In this document: positions 38,378-47,662 of the stretch, piece by piece | Position numbering within the stretch: position 1 is the first letter of the stretch | Layout of the letters: each line of letters opens with the position of its first letter | IMG/VR virus record: IMGVR_UViG_2799112265_000001 | Location: 32,001-96,000 of that record | Source of the DNA: a virus | Lineage: Duplodnaviria > Caudoviricetes | Length of the DNA: 64,000 nt | Reading direction: 5' to 3' (one strand) | The notes under the pieces: generated by a model | Database searches by the model: none | Told to the model about the DNA's origin: nothing | Seen by the model: only the letters and a program-made list of their open reading frames with translations | Program-made: the position numbers and the translations under genes

Positions 38378-38913
38378 TTCCAGCAGTCGGGGGTGCAGTC
38401 CTTCGGCAGGTGGTACTTCGCCGGCTGGCCGGACAGCAGTTGGCCAGCGTCATAGTGGACGCCCGCCTTCTCCAGCTCGGCGACCTTCGGTGACTGCCAG
38501 AAGTGCCCGCCGCCGTGCCCCTCCGATGCCGTCCAACCTCGAGGGATCTTCTTGGTGCAGGGGTGCCCGGTGTCGTCCGACGGGATGGGGCACGGCATGG
38601 TGCCGTCGGAGACCGGCTCGGGGAAGTCGGTGTGGCTGCTCCACTGGCCGGCGATGTTCTTCAGCTCCCACCACGCGTCTTTGGCCTCGTACCGGTCCCG
38701 GCGCTGCCATGCGTCGGTGAACCTCTGGTGCGCGCACTGCGCAGTCTTCAGGTCCTCCTGGTAATCCCCGACGGCAGACCCGCTGTCGGCCGTTGGGTAG
38801 CCCGTGCGCAGGTCGTCGGCGAGCCGGTCGGCGATGAAGGTGTACCAGGCGAGGGCGGACTCCACGGTGTAGAGGGGGTGCGGGGTGCGGGCGGTCTTCT
38901 CGGTTTCGGTCAC
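38362..38913 (-). CDS. hypothetical protein
   Basis: Operon overlap. Confidence 0.7.
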   Translation of the reverse strand: MTETEKTARTPHPLYTVESALAWYTFIADRLADDLRTGYPTADSGSAVGDYQEDLKTAQCAHQRFTDAWQRRDRYEAKDAWWELKNIAGQWSSHTDFPEPVSDGTMPCPIPSDDTGHPCTKKIPRGWTASEGHGGGHFWQSPKVAELEKAGVHYDAGQLLSGQPAKYHLPKDCTPDCWKWRDR

Positions 38914-39209
38914 TTCAGTCCCCCCGTGCTCGTCTGCACCCCGGGGTCTACGGGGGAGCGGCCTTCGGCGACCTGGTGCAGGTAGAGGCTCAGCCAGCGG
39001 CGGGCCTCCTCCTTGCCCATCGGCGGGCCGCCCATGCTGAACTCCGCGAGCGCGTGGAGGATGACGGCCTCGACGGCGTACGGCTCCCGGTTACGGATGT
39101 CCTCGAGGACGTTGCCTGTCTGGATGGCGCCGGAGGGGATCTGTCCTGCGGTGATCGCGTCAGCGGGGATGGGGTGCGGACCTGCCGGGTCGTGCATCGG
39201 ATGGTTCAC
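38910..39209 (-). CDS. hypothetical protein
   Basis: GTGA overlaps. Confidence 0.65.
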   Translation of the reverse strand: MNHPMHDPAGPHPIPADAITAGQIPSGAIQTGNVLEDIRNREPYAVEAVILHALAEFSMGGPPMGKEEARRWLSLYLHQVAEGRSPVDPGVQTSTGGLK

Positions 39210-39688
39210 GGGTTCCTACCGGGGCGGTTGATGGTAATAGGGCAGAGCATCGCGTAGAGCTGGCTTCGGAGCGCAGCGTCGGAGCAGCCGACCGGGTCGG
39301 CGAAGTCCCCGGCGAGCGCGATGAACATCCCGAGCTTGCGGGCTTCCTTCCGCCACCTGGGGGAGCTGTTCAGCGTGCCGCTGTAGAACGCCTCACCGGC
39401 GGAGTTGGACATGGTCAGCTCGTCGGTGGCGACGTCGAGGACGGCGGACCAGCCAGGCGCCGGGTCGGCCCAGCCTGCGAAGTCGTCGAGCAGCGCCCAG
39501 CCGCCGGTGCGCAGGCCCTCAAGGTACGGGTCGGGGCCGCGGCCGCCGTCTGTGCCGAACGTCTCCACCCGATGGGTGGCGGCGAACACGACCCGCGGCA
39601 CGCTGTCCCGGTCGTCCATCCACGCCTGCATGTCGAGCGCGACGGGCGGCCCGCTCAGGTCCACGCTGTACATGGTGTTCGGGTCCAT
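39206..39688 (-). CDS. hypothetical protein
   Basis: GGAGG RBS. Confidence 0.7.
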   Translation of the reverse strand: MDPNTMYSVDLSGPPVALDMQAWMDDRDSVPRVVFAATHRVETFGTDGGRGPDPYLEGLRTGGWALLDDFAGWADPAPGWSAVLDVATDELTMSNSAGEAFYSGTLNSSPRWRKEARKLGMFIALAGDFADPVGCSDAALRSQLYAMLCPITINRPGRNP

Positions 39689-39691
39689 GAG

Positions 39692-39946
39692 TCACGCCTC
39701 CCGGCAGTACGCGAAGTGGATGCCAGGAGCGCGTAGCGCAGGCGGCAGTAGGGACTCCGTCACCTCGTGTTCAACGGCCTGCAAGTCACCGAGAACGCGA
39801 GCTTCGCCCGCCTCGCGGTCGGCGCGCGCGGCGAGGTAGAGGGAGTCGAGAGCCTGGCCCAGCGGGTCGTCCTCGACGAGCCCAAAGGCCGCGAGCACGC
39901 TTTTGCGGGTCCGCTCCGCGAGCGTCTGGGCCTCAGCCACGATCAT
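39692..39946 (-). CDS. hypothetical protein
   Basis: Fills the operon gap; start uncertain. Confidence 0.5.
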   Translation of the reverse strand: MIVAEAQTLAERTRKSVLAAFGLVEDDPLGQALDSLYLAARADREAGEARVLGDLQAVEHEVTESLLPPALRAPGIHFAYCREA

Positions 39947-40157
39947 CTCCAGAAACGACGTCCACGTGGGTGAGGGCGATGCACGCGCCGTGCCCCTCGA
40001 CCCAGACCACATCGGTGTGGCCCCCGAGGACTTCGGCGCGGCTGCGTGTCTTCGTGACGAGCCGTTCATCGTTCGGGTGGTCCTCGGGCCGGCAGCCGGG
40101 GTAGGCGATGACGGGGGTCCCGATCGGGTACAGCTTGTTCCACTGCTCAGCGTTCAT
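39933..40157 (-). CDS. small phage-type protein
   Basis: WNKLYPIGTPV...TKTRSRAEVLGGHTDVVWVEG. Confidence 0.75.
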   Translation of the reverse strand: MNAEQWNKLYPIGTPVIAYPGCRPEDHPNDERLVTKTRSRAEVLGGHTDVVWVEGHGACIALTHVDVVSGDDRG

Positions 40158-40558
40158 GCCTGTGGCGCCCACGGCCGGTTCACCCCTCTAGCGTCGGCGT
40201 TCAGCTTCAACGAGTTGACTTCCCTGAGGGCAAAGTCCAGGAGGTGCACCGTCGCATTCCGCTCGTCCGCCGGTTCCTGGAGGGCAAGTTCGTGGACCAG
40301 GCTCAGGAGGTAGCCGACCCCGTTGTGTTCCTTGCTGTAGAGCAGGACGCGGCGCGTGCTGTCGGTCGGGAGCTTGGTCGGCAGGTGGCCGATGTTGTGA
40401 TCGGCCAGCTTCTTCTCGACGCCCTCCATGACGCGGGCGCCGGCCTTCTGCGCGCCGGCAAAGCGCACCAAGTCCTCGACGTTGCGCGCCTCGTACCCGG
40501 CCCATCTCACCCTCTGGGCCAGGACCTCCCAGTCGTCCATGTCTTCCCATCGCTTCAC
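40154..40558 (-). CDS. hypothetical protein
   Basis: First gene of the leftward operon. Confidence 0.65.
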   Translation of the reverse strand: MKRWEDMDDWEVLAQRVRWAGYEARNVEDLVRFAGAQKAGARVMEGVEKKLADHNIGHLPTKLPTDSTRRVLLYSKEHNGVGYLLSLVHELALQEPADERNATVHLLDFALREVNSLKLNADARGVNRPWAPQA

Positions 40559-40610
40559 GGCCCTGCGTACCCCGCCCTCGTGTGGTGGTTCTGACGTGCC
40601 GCCAACTTTA

Positions 40611-40636
40611 CCGACAACAATTGAATTTGTTGTCGG
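40611..40636. promoter_or_regulatory. AT-rich perfect inverted repeat (operator or recombination site)
   Basis: CCGACAACAA-TTGAAT-TTGTTGTCGG between divergent genes. Confidence 0.7.
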
Positions 40637-40655
40637 CTACTCGCCAGTAACCTCG

Positions 40656-40719
40656 TATGGTGTTCCCCGAGGCGGAGAGCAACCGCCTCACCTCACCCCG
40701 AACCGAAGGAACACCCGCC
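40656..40719 (+). promoter_or_regulatory. AGAGCAA leader module copy 11
   Basis: TATGGT-N7-GAGGCGG-AGAGCAA-CCGCCTC ... CCGAACCGAAGGAACACCC. Confidence 0.85.
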
Positions 40720-40995
40720 ATGCCGAAGCCGGTCAAGACCGTCGCCTACGCCCTCGGCCTCCTGGCCCTCGCCCACCCCGCGATCGTTCCGCCCGTTCTC
40801 CACGCGCTCGCCTTCGCGGCCGGCCTCGGCGCCGCCGCCGCGCTCTGGGTCCTCGCACACCTCGCGCTCACCCTCACGGTCGCCGCCGGCGTTCTCCTCG
40901 CGCAGTTCCTGCCCGGCCAACTCGGTGCCGCCGCTCGCTGGTTCGGGCGCGCCTGGGATACGTCGATCGACGCGATCCTGCCCCGTACGATCTGA
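40720..40995 (+). CDS. small membrane protein
   Basis: Two to three hydrophobic helices. Confidence 0.75.
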   Translation: MPKPVKTVAYALGLLALAHPAIVPPVLHALAFAAGLGAAAALWVLAHLALTLTVAAGVLLAQFLPGQLGAAARWFGRAWDTSIDAILPRTI

Positions 40996-41031
40996 CCCTC
41001 ACCCCCATCACGCCCCGAGAGGAACACCACG

Positions 41032-41142
41032 ATGGCAGCGCTGCGCGGAGGCGACGGCAAGGTCATGGACTTCGTCAACCTGCTGGGGATCTTCTCCCCC
41101 GCGTGGCTCGTGGCCGTGCTGGTGATCCGCCACTGGCACTAG
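41032..41142 (+). CDS. 36-aa hydrophobic peptide
   Basis: GAGAGGAACACC RBS; MAALRGGDGKVMDFVNLLGIFSPAWLVAVLVIRHWH; not in the ORF track. Confidence 0.5.
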   Translation: MAALRGGDGKVMDFVNLLGIFSPAWLVAVLVIRHWH

Positions 41143-41242
41143 TCGAACAGTTCGATTCTTCGCTGAGAACGATTTTGCGCTCAGCCCCCTCGCGCGGCAC
41201 CAACACCGCGCGACCGTAAAACGCCCCCTGTGGCACCCCTTC

Positions 41243-41291
41243 GCGGCGTAGAGCAACCGCCGCAGCCCACCCCGAATCGAAGGAACACCCC
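41243..41291 (+). promoter_or_regulatory. AGAGCAA leader module copy 12
   Basis: GCGGCG-T-AGAGCAA-C-CGCCGC ... CCGAATCGAAGGAACACCCC-ATG. Confidence 0.85.
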
Positions 41292-42203
41292 ATGAGGCGA
41301 AGCCTCGGCATCCCCCTGCGCCAAAATCCGGAGCCCGAACCCGCCTACGGCCTGTACCAGCAGATCCGAGTCGACGCCGAGTCCCGGAGCCGGGGCTTCC
41401 TCGGACCCGACGACCTTCGCCGGTTCGAGGAGGTCGCCTCCCGGCGCGGGGGAGACTGGTGCACCGCTGTCCTCGGCTACAGCTTCCCCGGCATTCACTA
41501 CGTCTCCAGCACCGACGGTTGGCACCTGGTGCACGCCGACGAACTCGGCATCGACCCGCCCCTGCCCGCCCCCGTCGTCCAGGCCCGCGAGGAGACCGCC
41601 GCCCGCGATCGGAAGCGGCAGCAGCAGGAGGCCGAGCGCCGCGACCGTGAGCGCCGACAGTGGGACGCCCTCGTAGCCGCCGCCGGGGTGGAGATCACCG
41701 TGCGGGCCAACACCCGGCACACCGGAGTCGGTGGGGCGCTGCGGCACGCCGTGCCCAACGCCGAGCTGGTGTCCGGCCGCTCACGCCGCCACCTGCCCGG
41801 CCGAGGGCTGTGCGAGACGCCCGGCCGCGCAGACCCGCTGCACCTGAGCGACCCCGTCGACGACCCTGCGAACTGCCGGCGCTGCCTCACCTACATGGAG
41901 CAGGTCCGCGCGCTGGACGCACCCGCCCCGCCCACGGCCGCCGAGCGGCGACTCCTGCAACTGGTCCGCGACGGAGCCGTGTTCACCTTCCACGTCGCGC
42001 GCCGCCCCGCCACCATCCGGGACACCAGCCAGCGCAGCAAGGGCGCCTGGGGACACCTCGGCCGGAAGGTCGACGCCGCCATGCTCAAGCTGGAGGCCAA
42101 GGGCTGGGTGAGCAAGGAGCAGACGTACAGCGCGACGCAAGACGGTCACCGCGGCGACCGTTGGCGGCTGACCGACACCGGTACCGCCGCCCTGGAGGGC
42201 TGA
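41292..42203 (+). CDS. hypothetical protein with H..C..CxxC Zn site and C-terminal winged-helix-like end
   Basis: LRHAV, GLCET, NCRRC; KLEAKGWV...WRLTDTG. Confidence 0.75.
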   Translation: MRRSLGIPLRQNPEPEPAYGLYQQIRVDAESRSRGFLGPDDLRRFEEVASRRGGDWCTAVLGYSFPGIHYVSSTDGWHLVHADELGIDPPLPAPVVQAREETAARDRKRQQQEAERRDRERRQWDALVAAAGVEITVRANTRHTGVGGALRHAVPNAELVSGRSRRHLPGRGLCETPGRADPLHLSDPVDDPANCRRCLTYMEQVRALDAPAPPTAAERRLLQLVRDGAVFTFHVARRPATIRDTSQRSKGAWGHLGRKVDAAMLKLEAKGWVSKEQTYSATQDGHRGDRWRLTDTGTAALEG

Positions 42204-42208
42204 CCCCG

Positions 42209-42799
42209 ATGGTTGCCCGGATGACCGCAGCCCAGTACAAAGCCCTGCTTGCCAGCCGTCAGGCCGGGAAGGGCGCCCCGGCGGCCGCGCCGAAGAAGAA
42301 GCCGGCCACCAAGAAGCCCGCCGCCGACCCCGGCCCGCCCTCCGTGCCCGAGCCGCCCGCACTGGAGCCCCTCCTCGCGGGCCTGTCCGGAGTCGGGCGC
42401 ACCTGGAGCATCCTCATGCCGTACGCGGAGAAGATGCTCGACAGCAACCAGCGGCTGCACTGGCGGCCCGAGCACGCCATCCGGCAGCAACTCCGCACCG
42501 ACGCCGTGCAGATGGCACGCGTGCACCGCCTGCCCCGGCTGGAGCGCGCGGCGATCTTCTACGTCCTGCACCCCCGATCCATCCGGCGGTCCCGCGACCC
42601 TGGGAACTGGGCGCCGACCGCGAAGGCGTACGTCGACGGACTGGTGACCCCGAACCCTCACCAGCCGCGCGAGCGCCACCTCCTCCCGGACGACGACCAC
42701 GAGCACCTCCTCGGCCCCTTCCCCGCGATGGGCGCCCCGGTCAGCACCGGCTACGCCCGCATGACCCTGGTCATCACCGAACTCATCACACCTGCCTGA
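42209..42799 (+). CDS. RusA-like Holliday junction resolvase
   Basis: RDPGNW.PTAKAYVDGLV...LPDDD. Confidence 0.75.
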   Translation: MVARMTAAQYKALLASRQAGKGAPAAAPKKKPATKKPAADPGPPSVPEPPALEPLLAGLSGVGRTWSILMPYAEKMLDSNQRLHWRPEHAIRQQLRTDAVQMARVHRLPRLERAAIFYVLHPRSIRRSRDPGNWAPTAKAYVDGLVTPNPHQPRERHLLPDDDHEHLLGPFPAMGAPVSTGYARMTLVITELITPA

Positions 42800-42819
42800 C
42801 CTGCCCAAACGCGGAAAAC

Positions 42820-42845
42820 GTAACAGGTACAGGCGTTCTGTCGTA
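42820..42845 (+). promoter_or_regulatory. class II promoter
   Basis: GTAACAG-N15-CGTA. Confidence 0.6.
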
Positions 42846-42901
42846 CTGAAGGGTGAGGGCCTTCGCGGCCCTTCCCGCACTGCACAAGGAGATGCCCCTC
42901 C

Positions 42902-43537
42902 GTGAGCACCACCCCGCCCGTCAAGCTGTCGTCCCTCCAGGTCTACGAGGCCAACGGCACGCCCGTCCCGCACGTCGACCCCCGCGAGCAGATGCTCAAG
43001 GTGGCCGCCGCGGCGTTCACCCGTTCCGGTACCTACATGGACCCCGACGTGGTGGACAGCCACCTGCTGGAGATCGCCGACAAGGCGGCCTGCTCGCTGC
43101 TGCGCGACCGCTGGCGCGACGACTTCCCCGTGGCCGCGTACAGCGAACTCCTCGCCACCATCGCCGCGTTCCGGGAAGTCCTCGGACTCGACCCGACCCC
43201 CACCGGCGTGGAGGTCTTCAACTGGGCGGCCCTGCAGAAGCGACTCGCCATGCAGAAGATCGACGGTCAGCACCAGCAGTACCTGGTCCAGTTCCGCAAC
43301 GGCCCCTTCAAGGGCGCGATCATGCCGTTCCACGGGCCGACCGGCCAGGGGCCGGTCAAGACGCTCACGCTGCCCATCGCCTGGGGCGACTCGACCGAGC
43401 GCGGCCGGGGCACCGCCATCTACGTCCGCAGCGGCGACGCCAACGACCAGCACCTCTGGCCGTACAAGCTGGGCAACCAGGTCCCCGAGGACGCCCGTCC
43501 CCACATCGCCGTCGTCTCGGCCCGGAAGGACGTGTGA
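42902..43537 (+). CDS. hypothetical protein
   Basis: AAGGAG RBS; head of a coupled operon. Confidence 0.8.
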   Translation: MSTTPPVKLSSLQVYEANGTPVPHVDPREQMLKVAAAAFTRSGTYMDPDVVDSHLLEIADKAACSLLRDRWRDDFPVAAYSELLATIAAFREVLGLDPTPTGVEVFNWAALQKRLAMQKIDGQHQQYLVQFRNGPFKGAIMPFHGPTGQGPVKTLTLPIAWGDSTERGRGTAIYVRSGDANDQHLWPYKLGNQVPEDARPHIAVVSARKDV

Positions 43538-43935
43538 TGACCACCCCCACCCCCCTCCCGCCTCGCAAGGTCGTCCTCGGGTCGGCTGTTCGTCTTCTTG
43601 AAGGGCCGCCCCTCCAAGACGGCTCCCCTGCGCACGAGTTCTGCCTCATGCGCCTGCCGCAGCAGGACAAGACCTACTTCCCCATCGACGAAATCAGCGC
43701 GACGACGTCCGGACTGGTCAACTACCCCGACCTCCGCGACCTTCTCGACGGCGTCGACCACCTCAGCCACCGTCCCGTAGTTGAGGGCCCGCAGAACCAG
43801 GTCGAATGCCCCGAGTGCCATCGCCGGGAGACCGACACCGACTACTACATATCGCAGCAGCAGCTCGTCATTGACCTGCGGTGTCACGGCTTCATCGTGG
43901 TCAACCCCCCGCGTCCGGCGGAGGGAACCGCCTGA
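43537..43935 (+). CDS. hypothetical protein (CxxC)
   Basis: TGATG coupling. Confidence 0.7.
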   Translation: MTTPTPLPPRKVVLGSAVRLLEGPPLQDGSPAHEFCLMRLPQQDKTYFPIDEISATTSGLVNYPDLRDLLDGVDHLSHRPVVEGPQNQVECPECHRRETDTDYYISQQQLVIDLRCHGFIVVNPPRPAEGTA

Positions 43936-44174
43936 TGGCCGCCCTGTCCGTCGTGATCCCCTCCCCGGCCGCGGACGCCGCGCACGACGCTGCGCACGAG
44001 ACGCTCGCCCGGTTCCGGCACGGCGCCTACTCGGTGCCGTGCGACACCTGCCGCGCCCCGGCCGGGACGCTGTGCCGGTCCCGGCGTGCGGTGTGCACTC
44101 AGCGCCGCGCGGCGTACCGGGAGCGGCAGCAGGCCGTCACGCTGGTTCCGCTCCTCGTCGGGCGTGCCCGATGA
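43935..44174 (+). CDS. small phage-type zinc-finger protein
   Basis: VPCDTCRAPAGTLC. Confidence 0.7.
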   Translation: MAALSVVIPSPAADAAHDAAHETLARFRHGAYSVPCDTCRAPAGTLCRSRRAVCTQRRAAYRERQQAVTLVPLLVGRAR

Positions 44175-44497
44175 GCGCGGTCGCGGCCGCCATGCCGGCC
44201 GACTGCTATGCCTCCCTGTACGACGAGCAGCTCGTCCACATCCTGCTCCAGGGCAATGCGGCCGAGGGGCTCACCATGCAGGCCGGGTTCCCCCTCTACC
44301 CGGCGCCCGCCGTGGGCCGGCCGGTCGAGGTCCGCTGGTCGATTCCTTGCCCGGCGTGCGGGGAGGGCCGCCTGTCTCGACGGTGGCTTCCCACCGTGTC
44401 GGAGCGGCTGATGGTCGGCTCCGACTGCATGCGGCACGTCTTCCTCGTCGTCGTGCCCGACTGGCTACGCCCGGCGTGGCCGGGGAGCGAGCTGTGA
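44171..44497 (+). CDS. hypothetical protein (CxxC)
   Basis: ATGA coupling. Confidence 0.65.
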   Translation: MSAVAAAMPADCYASLYDEQLVHILLQGNAAEGLTMQAGFPLYPAPAVGRPVEVRWSIPCPACGEGRLSRRWLPTVSERLMVGSDCMRHVFLVVVPDWLRPAWPGSEL

Positions 44498-45150
44498 GTG
44501 CCCTCGCGGTGGAGACCGCGGCCGTCCCCGAGTGGGACAGCCGCCTGGTCGTACGCGCCGCCGGACGCCCCGATCTCCACATCGGTGCCGCCGGGACCGT
44601 GGCCCCGCGGGTGCCGATGTTCACCGTGGCGCTGGAGTGCCAGCCGGACGTCGACCAGGCGCCCGGCGTCCGGCCGTGGACCGGCCCGGTCACCGAACGC
44701 GCCATCTGCCCGGCCTGCCTGCGCGCGCTGCGCGGCGAACCCGAACCGGTGAAGCCCGCCCGGGTCCCCGCCGGGGTCCTCGAGGAACTGCCGCAGCCGG
44801 AGCCCGACCGGGCCGGCCGACACCTGTGGGCGGTTCCCGCCCCGCAGACCTACGCCGAGGCGCCGCTGCCGGCCGAACACGCCGGCCGCCGCATCACCTG
44901 GTCGGCGTGGAAGCCCACCCCGGTCCTCAGCCGCTACGACCCGGCGTGCGAGTGGTGCGGCGACACCGAGCACGGCGAGATGACCAGCGGCCGCCAGGGC
45001 AACCCGCTCTCGGCCACCAACCCGCTGCGCAGGTTCCTCGCCTACCGGTGCACCGCCTGCCAGCTGATGACCGCCTACGAGCAGACCGGCACCGACCTCA
45101 CGGTCATCGCCCACTTCAAGTCCCATGCCCCGAAGGACTGCAACCGATGA
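44494..45150 (+). CDS. Cys-rich hypothetical protein
   Basis: GTGA coupling, three CxxC. Confidence 0.7.
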   Translation: MSALAVETAAVPEWDSRLVVRAAGRPDLHIGAAGTVAPRVPMFTVALECQPDVDQAPGVRPWTGPVTERAICPACLRALRGEPEPVKPARVPAGVLEELPQPEPDRAGRHLWAVPAPQTYAEAPLPAEHAGRRITWSAWKPTPVLSRYDPACEWCGDTEHGEMTSGRQGNPLSATNPLRRFLAYRCTACQLMTAYEQTGTDLTVIAHFKSHAPKDCNR

Positions 45151-45431
45151 GCACCGCCACCGTCGCACCCCCGTCGACCAGCGCCGAGCTGGAGCAGCGT
45201 CTCGCCCTGATCGCCTGCGGCGAGAACTCCTGGCCCGGTAAGACCCGCGCCTGCGACGACCACCTGAAGAAGTCGTCGACCTGGCTGCGGATCACCTCCA
45301 CCGGGGCCGTCGACGCCCTCGCCGCGGCGATATGCGGCTCCGGGCACCGGCACAACCGGTCGTGCCAGCCGTGCACGGAGAAGGCCGTGCGGTGCGTCAG
45401 CGTCTACAACGCGTGGAGGGCGAGCCAGTGA
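45147..45431 (+). CDS. Cys-rich hypothetical protein with an internal duplication
   Basis: LALIACG..ACDDH and LAAAICG..SCQPC. Confidence 0.7.
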   Translation: MSTATVAPPSTSAELEQRLALIACGENSWPGKTRACDDHLKKSSTWLRITSTGAVDALAAAICGSGHRHNRSCQPCTEKAVRCVSVYNAWRASQ

Positions 45432-45886
45432 CGACCGCAACCGCGCTCGCGCCGGCCGTCATCTTCGACGTCGACGGCACCCTCTGCGACGTGTCCGACA
45501 TCCGCCACCTGACCAAGGGGCCGGGCGGGTTCACCGCGTTCCACGCGGCCAGCATCAACTGCCCGCCCCACCAGGACGTCGTCGACGCCGCCCGCCAGGC
45601 CCGCGCCGAGGGCCTGGCCGTGCTCATCATGACCGGCCGGGACCGCCGCTGGGAGCGGCTGACGTCCATGTGGCTGGCCATGCACGACGTGCCCTCCGAT
45701 GGCCTGTGGATGCGCGGCCGGGGTGACTACCGGCCCGACTACGTCATCAAGAGGGAGCTGCTGCGCTCCGCCCGGAACCGCTACCAGGTGGTGCGGGCCT
45801 GGGACGACAACCCGAACGTGATCCGGCTGTGGGAACAGGAGGGCATCCCCGTCACGGTGGTGCCCGGCTGGGAGGACGAGACGTGA
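45428..45886 (+). CDS. HAD-family phosphatase (phage polynucleotide 3'-phosphatase-like)
   Basis: IFDVDGTL, MTGR, MRGRGDYRPD..IK and WDDNP. Confidence 0.88.
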   Translation: MTTATALAPAVIFDVDGTLCDVSDIRHLTKGPGGFTAFHAASINCPPHQDVVDAARQARAEGLAVLIMTGRDRRWERLTSMWLAMHDVPSDGLWMRGRGDYRPDYVIKRELLRSARNRYQVVRAWDDNPNVIRLWEQEGIPVTVVPGWEDET

Positions 45887-46341
45887 CAGAGCACCTGACC
45901 CTCAGCGGCAGCGCCGTCGTCGGGCCCCTGGCGGTGAGCGCTGACGCCATCGGATGTGCGGCCATCGACCCGCCGCCGCCGAGCATCTCCATACCCGGCG
46001 TCGGAGGGCGCCCGCTGGTCACGATCCACCCCGGCGGCCGACTGGAGTTCGGCGACGGCTACAGGCCGGACGAGGCGGCCCAGGCGTTCTGGGAGGCCGT
46101 GCAGCGCTTCACCCCGCCGCCGATGACCTACACGTTCGGCGCGCCGCTCGCGGCCCGGATCGACGCCGAGCTGAAGCACGGCAACAAGGCCATGGAGCTG
46201 CTGCGGCAGTCCCTACGCGTCCACTCTGCGGTCCACGCGGAGAGCGTCGTCGGCCACCAGTACGGGGCGGTGCCGGATTGCGCCTTGTGCGACCACGCCG
46301 CCGCCATCCGGGAGTTCTTCCAGAAGGGCACCACTCTGTGA
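45883..46341 (+). CDS. hypothetical protein
   Basis: GTGA coupling. Confidence 0.7.
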   Translation: MTEHLTLSGSAVVGPLAVSADAIGCAAIDPPPPSISIPGVGGRPLVTIHPGGRLEFGDGYRPDEAAQAFWEAVQRFTPPPMTYTFGAPLAARIDAELKHGNKAMELLRQSLRVHSAVHAESVVGHQYGAVPDCALCDHAAAIREFFQKGTTL

Positions 46342-46793
46342 CCGCGATCGAGAGCGGAGAGGTCTCCTGCATCGCCTGCACCGCAACCGTCGTGCACGCT
46401 CTTCAGGGCATCGTGCGGTGCGCCCTGCCAGTCGGGCACTATGACGCGGCGAACGTGCCGGACTGGGGCAAGGCAGATCCGAACGGGTGGCACCAGTCTG
46501 CGCCTGTCCGCGACGGCACCTGGGTCACCTGGGCCGACACGACGATCGGGGCGACGCCGCACGGCCATCCACTGGCACCAGCGACGGAGCAGTCGACGCA
46601 GGCCGTCCGCTTCATCTGCCCGACGTGCGGCCCGACGGCTGTGGAGGCACACCCCGACCTCGCCGTCGTTCTGCGGTGCTCCAACTGCAAGGAGCACCTG
46701 GCCCACGGCTCCCTCGCGCCCACCAAGAGCCGTGTGGCCCAGAGCCACGACCACCTTCGCGCCGCTCTCGCCGCCATGGAGGCTCAGCAGTGA
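46338..46793 (+). CDS. Cys-rich hypothetical protein
   Basis: GTGA coupling. Confidence 0.65.
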   Translation: MTAIESGEVSCIACTATVVHALQGIVRCALPVGHYDAANVPDWGKADPNGWHQSAPVRDGTWVTWADTTIGATPHGHPLAPATEQSTQAVRFICPTCGPTAVEAHPDLAVVLRCSNCKEHLAHGSLAPTKSRVAQSHDHLRAALAAMEAQQ

Positions 46794-47290
46794 AAGCCCA
46801 CCTTGCAGCGAGTCCGCCCGGGTCCGCCGGACTCACGGCGCCATGCGCGCAGCACCCCGCGGCCCCCGTCATCGGCGGCCTGTGCGGGGGCTGCACCCAG
46901 TACCCGGTAGATATGCGTCCGTCCCCTGCCGGTGCTCGCGTGTTCCTGGCCCCAGTCGATGCTGACCCCGCAGACCCCAGCGCCTGGAAGGAGATCGGCT
47001 ACGTCACCGACTCCTCCTTCACGGAGACGCCCGAGTGGGACACGGCTGACCCGTACCCGTTCGCTCACCTGAAGATTTCGCCGTTCACCGCCTCGGTTTC
47101 GATGAGCCGGTGCCGCGTCTTCCACCCGTGGATCTACCCGCCGTGCGTTGATGCTGTGGCCGCGATCGAGAAGCGGGCCGTTCGCTGGCGGGCCGCCGCC
47201 ATCCTCGCGGAGGCGCTCCACCGCCCGCTCTGGCCGTGCCCCCTCCCCTTCGCAGGCCGCAACGTCAGCGAGAGGCTGTGCTGTCGCTGA
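46790..47290 (+). CDS. hypothetical protein
   Basis: GTGA coupling. Confidence 0.6.
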   Translation: MKAHLAASPPGSAGLTAPCAQHPAAPVIGGLCGGCTQYPVDMRPSPAGARVFLAPVDADPADPSAWKEIGYVTDSSFTETPEWDTADPYPFAHLKISPFTASVSMSRCRVFHPWIYPPCVDAVAAIEKRAVRWRAAAILAEALHRPLWPCPLPFAGRNVSERLCCR

Positions 47291-47373
47291 GATCAATCAT
47301 TCTCGGCGACAACTTCCAATCTCCGTGAAAGACCGGCACAATGAGGGCTGACGGTCAATCAGGGGGGAAGTTC

Positions 47374-47628
47374 ATGACGAACGATGTACCACGGGTCCTA
47401 CGGCTGACGTTCGAGTTCCACATCCCGCGCGGCCTGCGCACCAACATCCGCAACGACCGGCGGGAGAGCGCCGTAGCGTCGCTGATCTCGTCGGTGGAAG
47501 CACTCGCCCACCGGCTGTTCCCATGGGCGGACAGAATGACGGTCCGGCAGGAATGGTCCTACGCCTGGGTCGACAGGACCGAGACGATCACGCTGCCGGA
47601 GAACGACCTGAACACCCGCAAGCCGTAA
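47374..47628 (+). CDS. small hypothetical protein
   Basis: GGGGAAG RBS; lower GC. Confidence 0.6.
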   Translation: MTNDVPRVLRLTFEFHIPRGLRTNIRNDRRESAVASLISSVEALAHRLFPWADRMTVRQEWSYAWVDRTETITLPENDLNTRKP

Positions 47629-47662
47629 CACAACTGAACACCTGGCCCACCAGCCAGACCCC

